From the NCBI GenBank assembly GCA_022013675.1, contig JAKLPW010000138.1:3137-67136 (forward strand): 64,000 nt of DNA, read 5' to 3'. Each line of letters starts with the position of its first letter. Within the stretch, counting starts at the first letter, position 1. A program made the translations under genes and the position numbers. The notes below the pieces were generated by a model that had not been told where the DNA came from, ran no database searches, and worked only from the letters and a program-made list of their open reading frames with translations. Below, piece by piece: positions 42,824 through 52,858 of this stretch. Source of the stretch: Anaerolineae bacterium (GTDB lineage Bacteria > Chloroflexota > Anaerolineae > JAKLPW01).

Positions 42824-45226
42824 CTAGTCGCGGCGCGGTGGCAAAGTAGTGAAATCTATGGCGAGGGCCTCCGCCGCTTCCAACTTCTTCGGCAAAGTGA
42901 AGAGGAACGCGCTTCCCTTGCCTTCTTCACCCTCCGCCCAGATCATCCCTTGATGGTATTCGACGATATGCTTACAGATAGTCAACCCCAGGCCTGTACC
43001 ACGGTATGGGCGCGTAGTGGTGCTATCCACCTGGTAGAAACGGTCGAAGATTTTTTCACGCTCATCGGGGGGAATGCCGATACCGGTGTCAGACACGGAG
43101 ACTCTTATCTGCTCCCCCAAATCTACAGCCCCCACGGTAACAGAGCCGCCCTTGGGAGTGAACTTGATAGCATTATGTGCCAGGTTGGTGATAACCTGAG
43201 TAATACGCATGCGATCCGCCTTGATCAATGGGAAGTCCGAAGGCACCTCGGTCATCAACCTAACTCCCTTCTCATCGGCCATAGGAGTCAGATTATCCAT
43301 GACACACCCAGCCACCTCCGCAATAGAAACCGCCTCCAGGCGCAGCTTGACCTGACCAGACTCCAGACGGGAGAACTCCAGCAAGTCCTGGATGAGGCTC
43401 TGCAGATGGTCGGTCTGGGTGCGGACAGTATTCAGGAAATCCCGTTGTGTCTCGCTGATCTCTCCAGTTTTCCCCATTAGGATGATATCCACAAACCCCT
43501 TGATGGAATGTAGAGGGGTTTTTAGTTCATGGGACACGACGGAAAGGAAATTCGACTTCATACGTTCCAGTTCCTTTTGTCCCGTGATGTCTCGAAGTAC
43601 CGCCACCACCCCTTGCACCACGCCTTCATCGCCGCCAATAGTGGTAGCCAGAGCCTGATAGATCTTCTCCGCGCCTTCGCGGCCATCGTCCAGGGATACC
43701 TCCTCAACCAGGAGAGCTTCCTTCTCCTTTAGAGTCTCCTCCAGCAGCTTCAGCAATGTCTCATTGGGGATAACTTCCGTTAGCGGAGTTCCGTGAGCCA
43801 CACTACCTCTGACGGCAAAGATACGAGCAGCGACTGGGTTTAGCATGGTCAGACACAATTGCGGATCCGTGACGATTACGGCATCGCCAATACCCCATAG
43901 AATAGCCTCCAACTCGCTGCTCTTCTCGCGCACGCTCTGGTACAGGCGCGCTGTCTCCTGTTTCTCCTGGTTCAGCCTTTCGTAGAGACGCGAGTTCGTG
44001 ACGGCGATGGCAGCCTGATCGGCAAATGCACCCAGCATGCTCACGTCTTCCCTGGTGAAAGCACTGACGCTAGGGCTGGTTGCACTAAGCGCACCGATGG
44101 AAATGCCATCAGAGATAAGTGGTACACTTATCATGGAGGCGATGGGCCACTCGCCCACGGTTACAAAGCGCTCGTCGAGACTAACATCGGCGATGAAGGC
44201 CTCCCGCCCGTGCGTCACAACCCATCCGGCAATCCCCTCATTACGCTTGAAGCGGGTACCCCAAAGATCAGCGTCCAGTATCCCAGAAGCGGCCCTGATC
44301 ACGATCTCTCCGCTTCGCGCATCCAGAAGAGCAACGGAACACCGAGCGCCTCGCAACACCCCAGAAGCATTGGCCACGATCAGCCGCAGGACATCTCCCA
44401 GTTCCAGGGCTGAGTTAACGGCCTTCACGCCCTCCTGTAGTGAACGTAGCTCCAACACCCTCTGTCCCATCGCTCGGGCTGTGCGCTCAAACCCTGGGAA
44501 CTGCTGATCAACAGCACCTTGTCCTCTGTCAGACTCATAGGCAGGGCCACGACGGTGTTCCATCAGCCACCCAAGTCCCATATTCCCTATCATAATACCA
44601 AGCAGACCCAGATAGCGCATCAGGAAAGCTTGATCGGCAAGAAAGAAAAGGCTGTTCAAGCCGATATACAGCGTGGCCACGTAAAGGAGTCCCGACAGGA
44701 AGGGCACGTAGATGATGGGCGAAAAGTAGGGATAGTAGAACGCTGCCTTAAAGGCCAGCACGCCATAGAGCAAATAGCCCTCGCTGGCCAGCCCGCCCGT
44801 ATGAAGGACGAGATAGCTTGCATAGGCATAGTCAGCCCCATAGGAGAGAATGATGGATGCTCGCTTGATGATGTTCCAAAGGTCCCCATCCCCCGCTACT
44901 CCGGACGAGCCAACTCCGCCATAGAGAAAGAAATCTCCCCCTGGCCCAGCGGATCCCGGGTCGGACAGATCCTCCGGTCTTGCGGGGCGACTGGACCAAA
45001 ACACGACTGTGAAGAATAGATTCGTGAGCGCGTAGAGTAGCGAGCCTAGGATCACACCACTGGGAAAATGGCGGCCATTGAACACCCAGATGACGAACAA
45101 CCCCAATAGCCACAATGTCCACTTTAGCGGATTCCCGAGGCGATGTTCTTTACGGTAGAGCCAGGAAAGACGATACTCCTCGCTCGCCAGGGCAATGTCT
45201 TTTTCTCCTGTTATCATCAAATCCAT
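42824..45226 (-). CDS. Sensor histidine kinase (polytopic N-terminus, GAF, PAS, HisKA, HATPase_c)
   Basis: FLSVVSHELKTPLHSIKGF (H box), NLAHNAIKFTPKGG (N), VSDTGIGIP (G1), GTGLGLTICK (G2). About 230 aa of N-terminal TM segments. Confidence 0.9.
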   Translation of the reverse strand: MDLMITGEKDIALASEEYRLSWLYRKEHRLGNPLKWTLWLLGLFVIWVFNGRHFPSGVILGSLLYALTNLFFTVVFWSSRPARPEDLSDPGSAGPGGDFFLYGGVGSSGVAGDGDLWNIIKRASIILSYGADYAYASYLVLHTGGLASEGYLLYGVLAFKAAFYYPYFSPIIYVPFLSGLLYVATLYIGLNSLFFLADQAFLMRYLGLLGIMIGNMGLGWLMEHRRGPAYESDRGQGAVDQQFPGFERTARAMGQRVLELRSLQEGVKAVNSALELGDVLRLIVANASGVLRGARCSVALLDARSGEIVIRAASGILDADLWGTRFKRNEGIAGWVVTHGREAFIADVSLDERFVTVGEWPIASMISVPLISDGISIGALSATSPSVSAFTREDVSMLGAFADQAAIAVTNSRLYERLNQEKQETARLYQSVREKSSELEAILWGIGDAVIVTDPQLCLTMLNPVAARIFAVRGSVAHGTPLTEVIPNETLLKLLEETLKEKEALLVEEVSLDDGREGAEKIYQALATTIGGDEGVVQGVVAVLRDITGQKELERMKSNFLSVVSHELKTPLHSIKGFVDIILMGKTGEISETQRDFLNTVRTQTDHLQSLIQDLLEFSRLESGQVKLRLEAVSIAEVAGCVMDNLTPMADEKGVRLMTEVPSDFPLIKADRMRITQVITNLAHNAIKFTPKGGSVTVGAVDLGEQIRVSVSDTGIGIPPDEREKIFDRFYQVDSTTTRPYRGTGLGLTICKHIVEYHQGMIWAEGEEGKGSAFLFTLPKKLEAAEALAIDFTTLPPRRD

Positions 45227-45381
45227 CTCTTCATATCTGCCGCGTTGCAGTGCTCTCGACTTGATTCATCCCGTGCTGGTGAGTTATGGGAGCAAGTTAC
45301 GGCTCTCTGCTACCCAAATGATACCCACGAGATCTGGTCCTGGTGCCACAGGAATGTTATCTGCGCGAACGAAACCGGCCC

Positions 45382-46449
45382 CTACTCCAGAGAGAAAAGC
45401 TGGCAATACCAGAGTCCGCTGTTCGTGCCTGCATAAAGCAACCAGGGATAGCTGGGATCAACGGCCAGAGTTCGTACGGTGGCGTTGCCTAGTCCTCTCT
45501 TCAGAGGAATCCAGTCCTGGCCTCCATCGTAGCTGCGGTACACTCCCTCATATTCGATGCCGACGTACAATGTTTGGTCATCAGTAGGACTGACCGCAAC
45601 AGCATACATCCTGTGCCCAGTCCACTCCTCGCCGCGCACCTGCCAGGTAACACCGCCATCGTCGGTCCCATATAATCCACTATCGGTCCCAGCGTAGACA
45701 ATGCTCCCCTGATGGCCCGACGCCAGAGTAAAGACTTGTGCATCGGGGAGGGACCAGATCCAGGAGGCTCCCCCGTCCATTGTAAGTAACAGCCCTCGCC
45801 CTGATGTGCCCAGATATATCCTGTCAGGGTCATCGAAGGATATCGCCATGCAGAGGATTTCCGTGCTGCCCCTCCAGCCGCCCCGCGCCTCCCACGTCGC
45901 GCCGCCGTCAATGCTGCGATAGAACTGATTCTCTGTGGCAGCATAGACCCACGAAGGATGACCGGAGGGGACGCCAAGTACGTGTATACGGCGATCGGTC
46001 AATCCAGCCAGAACCACCCAGGACTCACCGCCACTCTCACTTTTGTAGAGGCTCGGCCGACCAGGAGTGACGCTGCGCAAGGCTGTATATATCACCAAGG
46101 GATCGCTCGGATCCACGCTGAAGGCGCGGACCTGGACCTGGCCCAGGCTTCCTGTGGGAAGTCCGTCGCTGACTGATACCCATGCTCGCTCTGGCCCACT
46201 GCTGCGATAGATGCCATGGGTGCTAAGGACGGCATAGTATATCGCCCCCTCCCACCCCCTGGCGACATCCAGGCTTCTTACCTCACCCCACCCCTCGAAG
46301 AAGGGCTCACGGGTCCATACAAGGATGCCGTCCTGATGAGCAATTGCAGGCGTGAGGAACAGAGGAAACAGAAAGCAGGCCAGGGCCAGCAAAACCTGTC
46401 TCACCTTGTGAGAAGCCACGATCTGGCTTGTAGAAACTCCCAACCTCAT
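45382..46449 (-). CDS. Secreted BNR/Asp-box beta-propeller protein (Ycf48/sialidase-like fold)
   Basis: Signal peptide. Repeated SxDxGxTW-type boxes: SESGGESW, SIDGGATW, TMDGGASW, TDDGGVTW, SYDGGQDW. Confidence 0.75.
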   Translation of the reverse strand: MRLGVSTSQIVASHKVRQVLLALACFLFPLFLTPAIAHQDGILVWTREPFFEGWGEVRSLDVARGWEGAIYYAVLSTHGIYRSSGPERAWVSVSDGLPTGSLGQVQVRAFSVDPSDPLVIYTALRSVTPGRPSLYKSESGGESWVVLAGLTDRRIHVLGVPSGHPSWVYAATENQFYRSIDGGATWEARGGWRGSTEILCMAISFDDPDRIYLGTSGRGLLLTMDGGASWIWSLPDAQVFTLASGHQGSIVYAGTDSGLYGTDDGGVTWQVRGEEWTGHRMYAVAVSPTDDQTLYVGIEYEGVYRSYDGGQDWIPLKRGLGNATVRTLAVDPSYPWLLYAGTNSGLWYCQLFSLE

Positions 46450-46494
46450 GATAGCGCCACCTCCTCAACCTGGCCCCCATCGGGGAGGCCGTGT

Positions 46495-47943
46495 TCAAGT
46501 CCGTATTGGCGGTTTCGGAGTGTTGGTCGGTGACTTCGGAGGCTTGCTCGTCGGCGGTGGCGAAGGGGTATTGGTCGGCAAGGGCGTGTTGGTACTTGTC
46601 GGAATAGGAGTGCGCGTGGCCGTTGGCCGGGGAGTATATGTCGGCGTAGCCGGTATGGCCGTGCTGGTCGGAGTGACAGTCGGAGTCAGAGCGGCTGCGA
46701 TCGATGTAATCCTCACGGCCGCCTCGTCACCCTCGCAGACACCCAAGGAAAGAATGGCTCGATACCCCTGCAATGCGGCTTCCAGCTCGCCGGCATCCTC
46801 ACGTGTGCGCGCCATGTTCAGATGCGCCTGGCAAAGCAACTGCGCGGCGCGTCCGCCCGCATAGTCAGGACGCGCGACATAGAGAACGCTCAGGGCTGCG
46901 ATTGATCTCTCCCAGTACCCCTGATCGAACAGGTCGCATCCCTCAAGATAGGTTTCGGCCAGTTCGCGTTCGGCGGCGGGGCGTCCATCGCTGGGATTCA
47001 ACACGGCGGCCTCGTCGAAACGAGCGATCGCCTGCGTCACCTGATCCAGGTTGGCACCAGAGGTATCTACCAACTCCAGCCCATAGCCATAATAGCTATC
47101 GAAGAGATAGCGCTGCACTTCTTGAGCGCGATAGGTATCATCCAGAGCCTTCAGTTGCTCAAATCGTTCGATAGCCGATGCCCACTTCTGCTGCTCATAG
47201 AAGGACAGGGCATCGGAGTAAAGGAACTCCAATTGGCTCTGTCTCTCGACGAAGACTATCTGTTCATCAACATCCCGATAGTTGGCATCCACCTCCAGGA
47301 TAGCCTTGAAGTACTGAAGAGCAGAATCCCACTGGCGATCACTCATGTATCTCACAGCCTCTTCATAGTAGGCTTTGGCTAAACCTACCTGAGCCTCGCG
47401 GTCGCCAGGGACAATAGTGAGCAATTCCTGGAAAACGTTGATCGCGCCTCGATAGTTGCCCGCTACGAGATATGCCTGCCCCAGGTTACGGAGACGGTCC
47501 TCCCGTTGCGTGTTGCCCAGGCCAGGGAGCATCCCCTGATCATAAAGCACTGCAAAAGCGACAGCCGCCAGAAAGATCAGTGCAACCAGTAACCCTGGCC
47601 AGGTACGCCGCCTCATGGGAGGTGGGGGCATGAACTCTACCCCGGATTCTTCCCGTTCTTCTACCTTCCCTACTGGGCGGCCAGGTGCCGGTTCCTTACG
47701 CTCGGGCTGAATCGCTTCCAGTTGAATGAAGATGTTGAGCTCATCCAGCAAAGCGTCAATGCCTCGCCGCTCGCTCTGTATGGCTTTGAGACACACGAAG
47801 CAGTCGCGAGCCTCCCGCCACTGCCGGCGGCGATAGTGAGCCATTCCCCGGCTATAGAGAAGATTGGCATCCTCCGCACTCTTCCCTTCATCGTCAGGAA
47901 GTTGGTCATCCCCAGCGTTGCCGCTTCTCTTCTCGCTTTCCAT
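46495..47943 (-). CDS. TPR-repeat membrane protein with C-terminal Pro/Thr-rich tail
   Basis: One TM (WPGLLVALIFLAAVAFAVLY). Multiple TPR-like A/Y/L-patterned helices. Last ~66 aa: TPTVTPTSTAIPATPTYTPRPTATRTPIPTSTNTPLPTNTPSPPPTSKPPKSPTNTPKPPIRT. Confidence 0.7.
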   Translation of the reverse strand: MESEKRSGNAGDDQLPDDEGKSAEDANLLYSRGMAHYRRRQWREARDCFVCLKAIQSERRGIDALLDELNIFIQLEAIQPERKEPAPGRPVGKVEEREESGVEFMPPPPMRRRTWPGLLVALIFLAAVAFAVLYDQGMLPGLGNTQREDRLRNLGQAYLVAGNYRGAINVFQELLTIVPGDREAQVGLAKAYYEEAVRYMSDRQWDSALQYFKAILEVDANYRDVDEQIVFVERQSQLEFLYSDALSFYEQQKWASAIERFEQLKALDDTYRAQEVQRYLFDSYYGYGLELVDTSGANLDQVTQAIARFDEAAVLNPSDGRPAAERELAETYLEGCDLFDQGYWERSIAALSVLYVARPDYAGGRAAQLLCQAHLNMARTREDAGELEAALQGYRAILSLGVCEGDEAAVRITSIAAALTPTVTPTSTAIPATPTYTPRPTATRTPIPTSTNTPLPTNTPSPPPTSKPPKSPTNTPKPPIRT

Positions 47944-48492
47944 GAGTACTCCTCAAACTGCAAGCTCTAAGACTAATGAGTCATGATCTGGCCTACCAGA
48001 GAACATCTAGTTCCCAGAGCATAGGCAGATTCTAGCGCACTTTGTACTTTTTGGCAAGGGATAATCGGAGTCAGTTCCGCACCATGTTGGCGCAGTCTGT
48101 ATCCGCCAGCGTAGAGGCAGGTTTCATTGGGGCAGGAACTACTCTGCGCCAGCAGAGCCAGATCCCTCCAGTGCCCTTCGAGTAGAGAAAGCCCCAAACC
48201 TGCCCCTGCAACTTGATGACCGTGGGCCCAGGAACCTACATTCAGCGAGAGGGCCACTCTGACGAGCTTCCAGCCACCAGCGAACAACAGTCAGCGTTCC
48301 GGTTGCCCCGGAACGCCGACCGCTGATAGCCGACAGCCAGCCCTCGATGAGAGACTGCCGCAAGCTTACTACTCTAGCAACGTCTCCACTCCCACCAGGC
48401 CCGACTGCGCACTCCAAAGACGATATGTGGAAGGTTTTGCCCCAAAACACTCAACATCACTCTGAATACCCGTCAGCGAAGCAGGCACTCGA

Positions 48493-51400
48493 TTACCAGC
48501 GACGATAAGGCGGGGAATCTAGCTCCATGGATGGAGGCCCAGGCTCTCGCTCCACTTCATCCCATTGCCCCATCTGACCACCCGCGACACCACTCCCCGT
48601 GTGCCCATCACACACGAGAGGAAGATAAATCGTCCGTGGCACGATCAGCCGTACGTCATCCACATAGGTCCAGGTATTATACCACCTGTCTTCCCGATTC
48701 CAATTGGCGAATTTAATCTCCACATTCCGAACCGCGGTCGGGTGCTGGAAAGCAGAAATATCCAATGGAACGACCTTGCATTGCAGGTCGAACAGCTTAG
48801 GAGGATCATACCCCTTGTCTACTGGGCCCGGGTTATAGTCAGGATCGCGATTTCCATCACGCCACAAGAGATACTCTTCCGCCTGATGGTCAATGAGACT
48901 CACGTCGAAAGAGTCACCAACAGCCCCCCCTGACCACTCCAGCAAATCATAGGTCTTCGTCCTGCACCGCAAGCTTATCGCCAGATTAGGCACCTGGTTT
49001 CGAGGGGGCAACTGGATACTCTTCGATATAGTGGCCGCGCCTATCGGCACATTGTCCCAGCCCACCCCCTTTTCAGGATGCCCAAGCAACACCTCCGGCG
49101 CCGTGCCACATGCCTGGGCAGTGTTGGTCACGGCCTCGGCAGGATCGCCGGGCACGAAGGACCAACCCAGCAACCCGTCACTGAAATCCCCATTCTGCAG
49201 CGAGTCCACCCAGGTGTAGACATCACCGGAGGACCAATCTCCCCGTCGTCCGGCCTCATCAGTGCCACTGGCGCGGAAGTAGTAGATGTGCCCCCGTTCC
49301 CCATTCGTGAAAGTCCTCGAGGTGTCCGAAGTCCTTATCAACCAGTCTGTCCAACCTCCGGTGAGATCTCTCTTGTATTGCACATCGTACAACGCTACAC
49401 TGCCACCGTGAGTCGGATCGCGTCCCGTCCATCTCACGTCGAAAGAGGTGTCTTTCGAGTAAGGCGGAGGCGAAATGCTGGCCACGGGTGGGTTCAGGTC
49501 GATCTTGACGGTCAGATATCTTGGAGTTTCCGGGTTTCCCGCCTGATCAACGGCATAGTAACCCACCGTGTGAGTGCTATCGCCGTCCACGCCCACGGTG
49601 ACGACGTAACCTGTCACACCGGTCACGACCTCGCAGTGCCATGATCCGCCATCCACACGATACCAGATGCGGCTAACACCAGCCACAGCATCGGTGGACG
49701 TCAGCGTTACCGTAACGGGCGTGGTGTACCAGCCCCCCAGACCGGCATTCCCCTCGGTTACCTCAGCCACCGTTTGCGGGGGCGTAATATCGTAACAGAT
49801 CGATGTCTCGGCATAGTTGTGGTAATCAGCATTTCCGGCACGATCCTTCAGCCAGACGTAAACGTCGTAGCTTCCTTCACCATCCGCCTGAATATCAGGG
49901 ATGCTCTCTACCTCATCACGAACAACGTATCCATCGCGGTCGCGGGGCCCCAGCGGCATACCTCCCAGTTTGTAATAGGCTCCCCCGATGCCGGAGGTAA
50001 CGTCATCCGGATTGGTCCAATGCACCGAGAAGTTATTCACCCGGGCACACGTCGAAGGCTCTGCCGCGAGACCGATAGGTGCCGAGGGTGGGACGGTATC
50101 AATGTGCACATAGACAGTCTGCGTCGGCTCACTGTTTCCGGCCAGGTCTATGGAGTAGTACTCCACGCTGAGGCGGAATCCATCGCCACTAACATCGAAA
50201 TTGGTGCCGGTCTGCCAGTCACCGCCATCAATCCGATAGTAAGTCTGCGCGACCTCGGAGAGCAAATCCTCAGGCGAGAGATCCACGTTCACTGTGGAGA
50301 GATACCATCCATCCTCTCCCTCCGTGCCTGTGAGAACACAGGCCGTCTCCGGCGGGGTAGCATCGTATTGGAACACCCGCAATGCCTGCCGATTGTTGCG
50401 ATAGTCTATGTTGTCAGCGCAGTCTTCAAGCCAGAGAGAGACACCGTGCGCGCCTTCGCTGTCGACCACCACCTGGATGCTATTACCATCGGTGGCAACG
50501 GCCACACCATCGTAGTTCCCGGTTGGAGGCACGTCTAGTTTGTAGTAAGCCAGCTTGATAGGAGCTACATCCTCGGGAATAAGCGGGTCGTCCCAAGTCA
50601 GAGTAAAGGTAGGCTCCCTGCTCCAAGTGACCGGAGTACCTTGCAGATTGCGGGGCTTACCCGGAGCAGTGCGATCAATCCCCACCGTGATAATGTTAGT
50701 ATCCTCAACAACCTCAACGTTGCCAGCATAGTCCACAGAGCGATAGGCGTAGTCCCAGGCCCCTTCGCGGGTCTCGGTGAAGCTGCTTCCCTGCTGCCAG
50801 GTTCCTGCAGACAACATCCGGTACTCCGTATATGCCAGGCCTGCTCCTGGTTCCGGATCTACCGCTGTGAACGTCACCGTGACCGACTCCTTCGACCATC
50901 CGTCGCAGCCATTCACGCCTGGAATGTCGGCTGTTGTCGTCGGCGGCACCGTATCTATGCGTATGAGGTTCTCGTAGACGTGCCAGTCCTCCATGTTGCC
51001 AGCGTTATCCCGAGAGCGATACGCTACCTTGTAGGACCCCTCCTTGCCACTGACGACGAAGGGATTGCCAGTCTGCTCCGGACCATCGTCAATCCGATAG
51101 TAGCTTATTCCTTCGCCGGACACGAGATCGGTTACCGTCAGAGTAACGGTGACCGGCGTTTTGTGCCAGTCACTGGGCGCCGGCAGGGGGCTTAGTTCAT
51201 GGGTCGTCGTGGGAGGATGGGTATCGATGGGCACAGTCTCCGTCACAGGTGGATCCTGTACGTTTGTCGCATTGTCCACACCGCGAAACTCGAAGCTCCG
51301 CTGGCTGTCATCGCTGACAACGATCGGGCGGCTGTACTCCTGCCAGTCAAGCTCTCCAGCCGGCCGCAAGTCAATGCGCGCGCATCCGGACCCGTCTCCC

Positions 51401-52698
51401 GGGTCTTCACACTGCAGCGTCAGCGCCACCGTAGCAGTGAACCAGCCATCGGAGTTTGCCGAGCGGTCATATTCCCCGACCGTGGCCTCGGGCGGAGTGG
51501 CATCGTACCAGAGGATATCCCCCGCGTGGTCAGTGTTCTGGTAATCAGCGTTGCCAGCCCCGTCCACCAGCCAGACATAAATATCGTTCTTCCCCTCCAT
51601 GGGCACAGCGAGACAAGGAAGGCTGGAGATGTCCACTTCGTCCACAAAGCCATCATAATCGCCGTTGGAGACCGGCGCAGCGTTGAACTTGTAGTACGCG
51701 CCCGCGATGCCGGAGTGGTCACCTGGGTTGCCCCAAGTCACGGTAAAACAATTGGTATTGGTATATATAGCCGGCGGAGAAACGGCCATGTTGTAAGGCA
51801 CAGACGGAGCGCTGATATCATAGGTGAATACACTAGTGGCGGATATCGACTGCTCGTTGCCAGCCTTATCAATGGCGAAGGACTCAACGGTGTACGTCCT
51901 CTCATCACCATGGGTGGCAGGATCAAAGGTATAGGTCCAGCCACCAGAGCCACCGGAGGCGGTTATCCAGATTCTGGGAGTCTGCCAGCCGGACCCATTC
52001 CAGTACCCACTGGGATCGTGCCTCCAAAGGGTGATGTCCACGGACTCCACGTCGGAAGTCTCATCGCTGGCCGTGCCCTCAACCTGCCCGGGCCAGACGG
52101 TGGGCCCACCGTAGTACCCCGAGGTACTCACGGAAGATTCAGGCGACGTGCTATCCACCCAAAGAGGAAAAGGATCGCTTTCCTCATCGTTGTTAGGATC
52201 GTCACGATCCTGTATGCTAAACTGAATCCGATTGGAAACGCCCGAATCGGGGAAGCTCAGATCAGTGACAGTCATGTAGACCGTGGAAGTCACCGCCCCC
52301 AGACTCGCCGTCAGATTAGTTTCGAGCCACTCCGTCCAATTGGAACCTCCGTCAGTGGATGTGCGATATCGCGAAGTGTTGGGCTTGAGCCCATCCGGAT
52401 CCACAACCGTGACCGTGCAGATGAAGGGGTTCCTCACCCATTGGCTATCAGGTTCGAAATCCTGCCACACGTCGTTGCCCTCCGACAGGACGGCAATATC
52501 CTGGGCGGACGCCCCCCTGCTCCGCAGCCAGACAGCCGTCGCCGAGACATCGAAATACGCCCGAGTAGTGAGAGTATTGCCCGGTGCTAGCAGCACCAGC
52601 AGCGCCAACAATGACGACACTAACAGCCATACTCCGGGCATGAAAAACGCTCTGGCTCTCAGACCAGATGACGAATCTACTCTTTTTCCAATCCGCAT
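48493..52698 (-). CDS. Giant secreted protein with ~10 Ig-like/beta-sandwich repeats (OmpL47/chitobiase-C-like signature) and a C-terminal jelly-roll-like domain
   Basis: Recurrent Y(R/K)xDGGxW...G...V.Y.S.DxAGNxE pattern: IDKAGNEQ, VDGAGNADY, RDNAGNMED, VDYAGNVEV, IDLAGNSEP, KDRAGNADY, VDQAGNPET... Start placed at ATG 52698 (MRIGKRVDSS...FFMPGVWLLVSSLLALLVLLAP signal); the start is uncertain. Confidence 0.7.
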   Translation of the reverse strand: MRIGKRVDSSSGLRARAFFMPGVWLLVSSLLALLVLLAPGNTLTTRAYFDVSATAVWLRSRGASAQDIAVLSEGNDVWQDFEPDSQWVRNPFICTVTVVDPDGLKPNTSRYRTSTDGGSNWTEWLETNLTASLGAVTSTVYMTVTDLSFPDSGVSNRIQFSIQDRDDPNNDEESDPFPLWVDSTSPESSVSTSGYYGGPTVWPGQVEGTASDETSDVESVDITLWRHDPSGYWNGSGWQTPRIWITASGGSGGWTYTFDPATHGDERTYTVESFAIDKAGNEQSISATSVFTYDISAPSVPYNMAVSPPAIYTNTNCFTVTWGNPGDHSGIAGAYYKFNAAPVSNGDYDGFVDEVDISSLPCLAVPMEGKNDIYVWLVDGAGNADYQNTDHAGDILWYDATPPEATVGEYDRSANSDGWFTATVALTLQCEDPGDGSGCARIDLRPAGELDWQEYSRPIVVSDDSQRSFEFRGVDNATNVQDPPVTETVPIDTHPPTTTHELSPLPAPSDWHKTPVTVTLTVTDLVSGEGISYYRIDDGPEQTGNPFVVSGKEGSYKVAYRSRDNAGNMEDWHVYENLIRIDTVPPTTTADIPGVNGCDGWSKESVTVTFTAVDPEPGAGLAYTEYRMLSAGTWQQGSSFTETREGAWDYAYRSVDYAGNVEVVEDTNIITVGIDRTAPGKPRNLQGTPVTWSREPTFTLTWDDPLIPEDVAPIKLAYYKLDVPPTGNYDGVAVATDGNSIQVVVDSEGAHGVSLWLEDCADNIDYRNNRQALRVFQYDATPPETACVLTGTEGEDGWYLSTVNVDLSPEDLLSEVAQTYYRIDGGDWQTGTNFDVSGDGFRLSVEYYSIDLAGNSEPTQTVYVHIDTVPPSAPIGLAAEPSTCARVNNFSVHWTNPDDVTSGIGGAYYKLGGMPLGPRDRDGYVVRDEVESIPDIQADGEGSYDVYVWLKDRAGNADYHNYAETSICYDITPPQTVAEVTEGNAGLGGWYTTPVTVTLTSTDAVAGVSRIWYRVDGGSWHCEVVTGVTGYVVTVGVDGDSTHTVGYYAVDQAGNPETPRYLTVKIDLNPPVASISPPPYSKDTSFDVRWTGRDPTHGGSVALYDVQYKRDLTGGWTDWLIRTSDTSRTFTNGERGHIYYFRASGTDEAGRRGDWSSGDVYTWVDSLQNGDFSDGLLGWSFVPGDPAEAVTNTAQACGTAPEVLLGHPEKGVGWDNVPIGAATISKSIQLPPRNQVPNLAISLRCRTKTYDLLEWSGGAVGDSFDVSLIDHQAEEYLLWRDGNRDPDYNPGPVDKGYDPPKLFDLQCKVVPLDISAFQHPTAVRNVEIKFANWNREDRWYNTWTYVDDVRLIVPRTIYLPLVCDGHTGSGVAGGQMGQWDEVEREPGPPSMELDSPPYRRW

Positions 52699-52858
52699 TA
52701 TCCTTGCACCTCTTGTCAGTGGTCTTGGTCCCGCAGCCAGCGAGCGCGGGGACTGTCTGTTCCCCAACCACGAGCTTCCGCTCCGGTCTTGCACCTGACG
52801 GCGAGGCACTTACATCTTGACATCCCAGCAATCCCTGGCTCATACCTCAGTAAGATAA

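Noticed and set aside
51199-52590. Long ORFs antisense to, or out of frame with, the called genes. Examples: 51199-52590 (463 aa), 30460-31542 (360 aa), 5279-6235 (318 aa), 27346-28260 (304 aa), 53024-53935 (303 aa), 11320-12168, 35702-36517, 39269-40066, 20695-21474 and 54041-54700.
   Set aside because: Each lies entirely inside a CDS with clear family motifs on the other strand or frame. Their translations are R/G/P/H-rich with no recognisable motifs, which is typical of spurious ORFs in GC-rich DNA.
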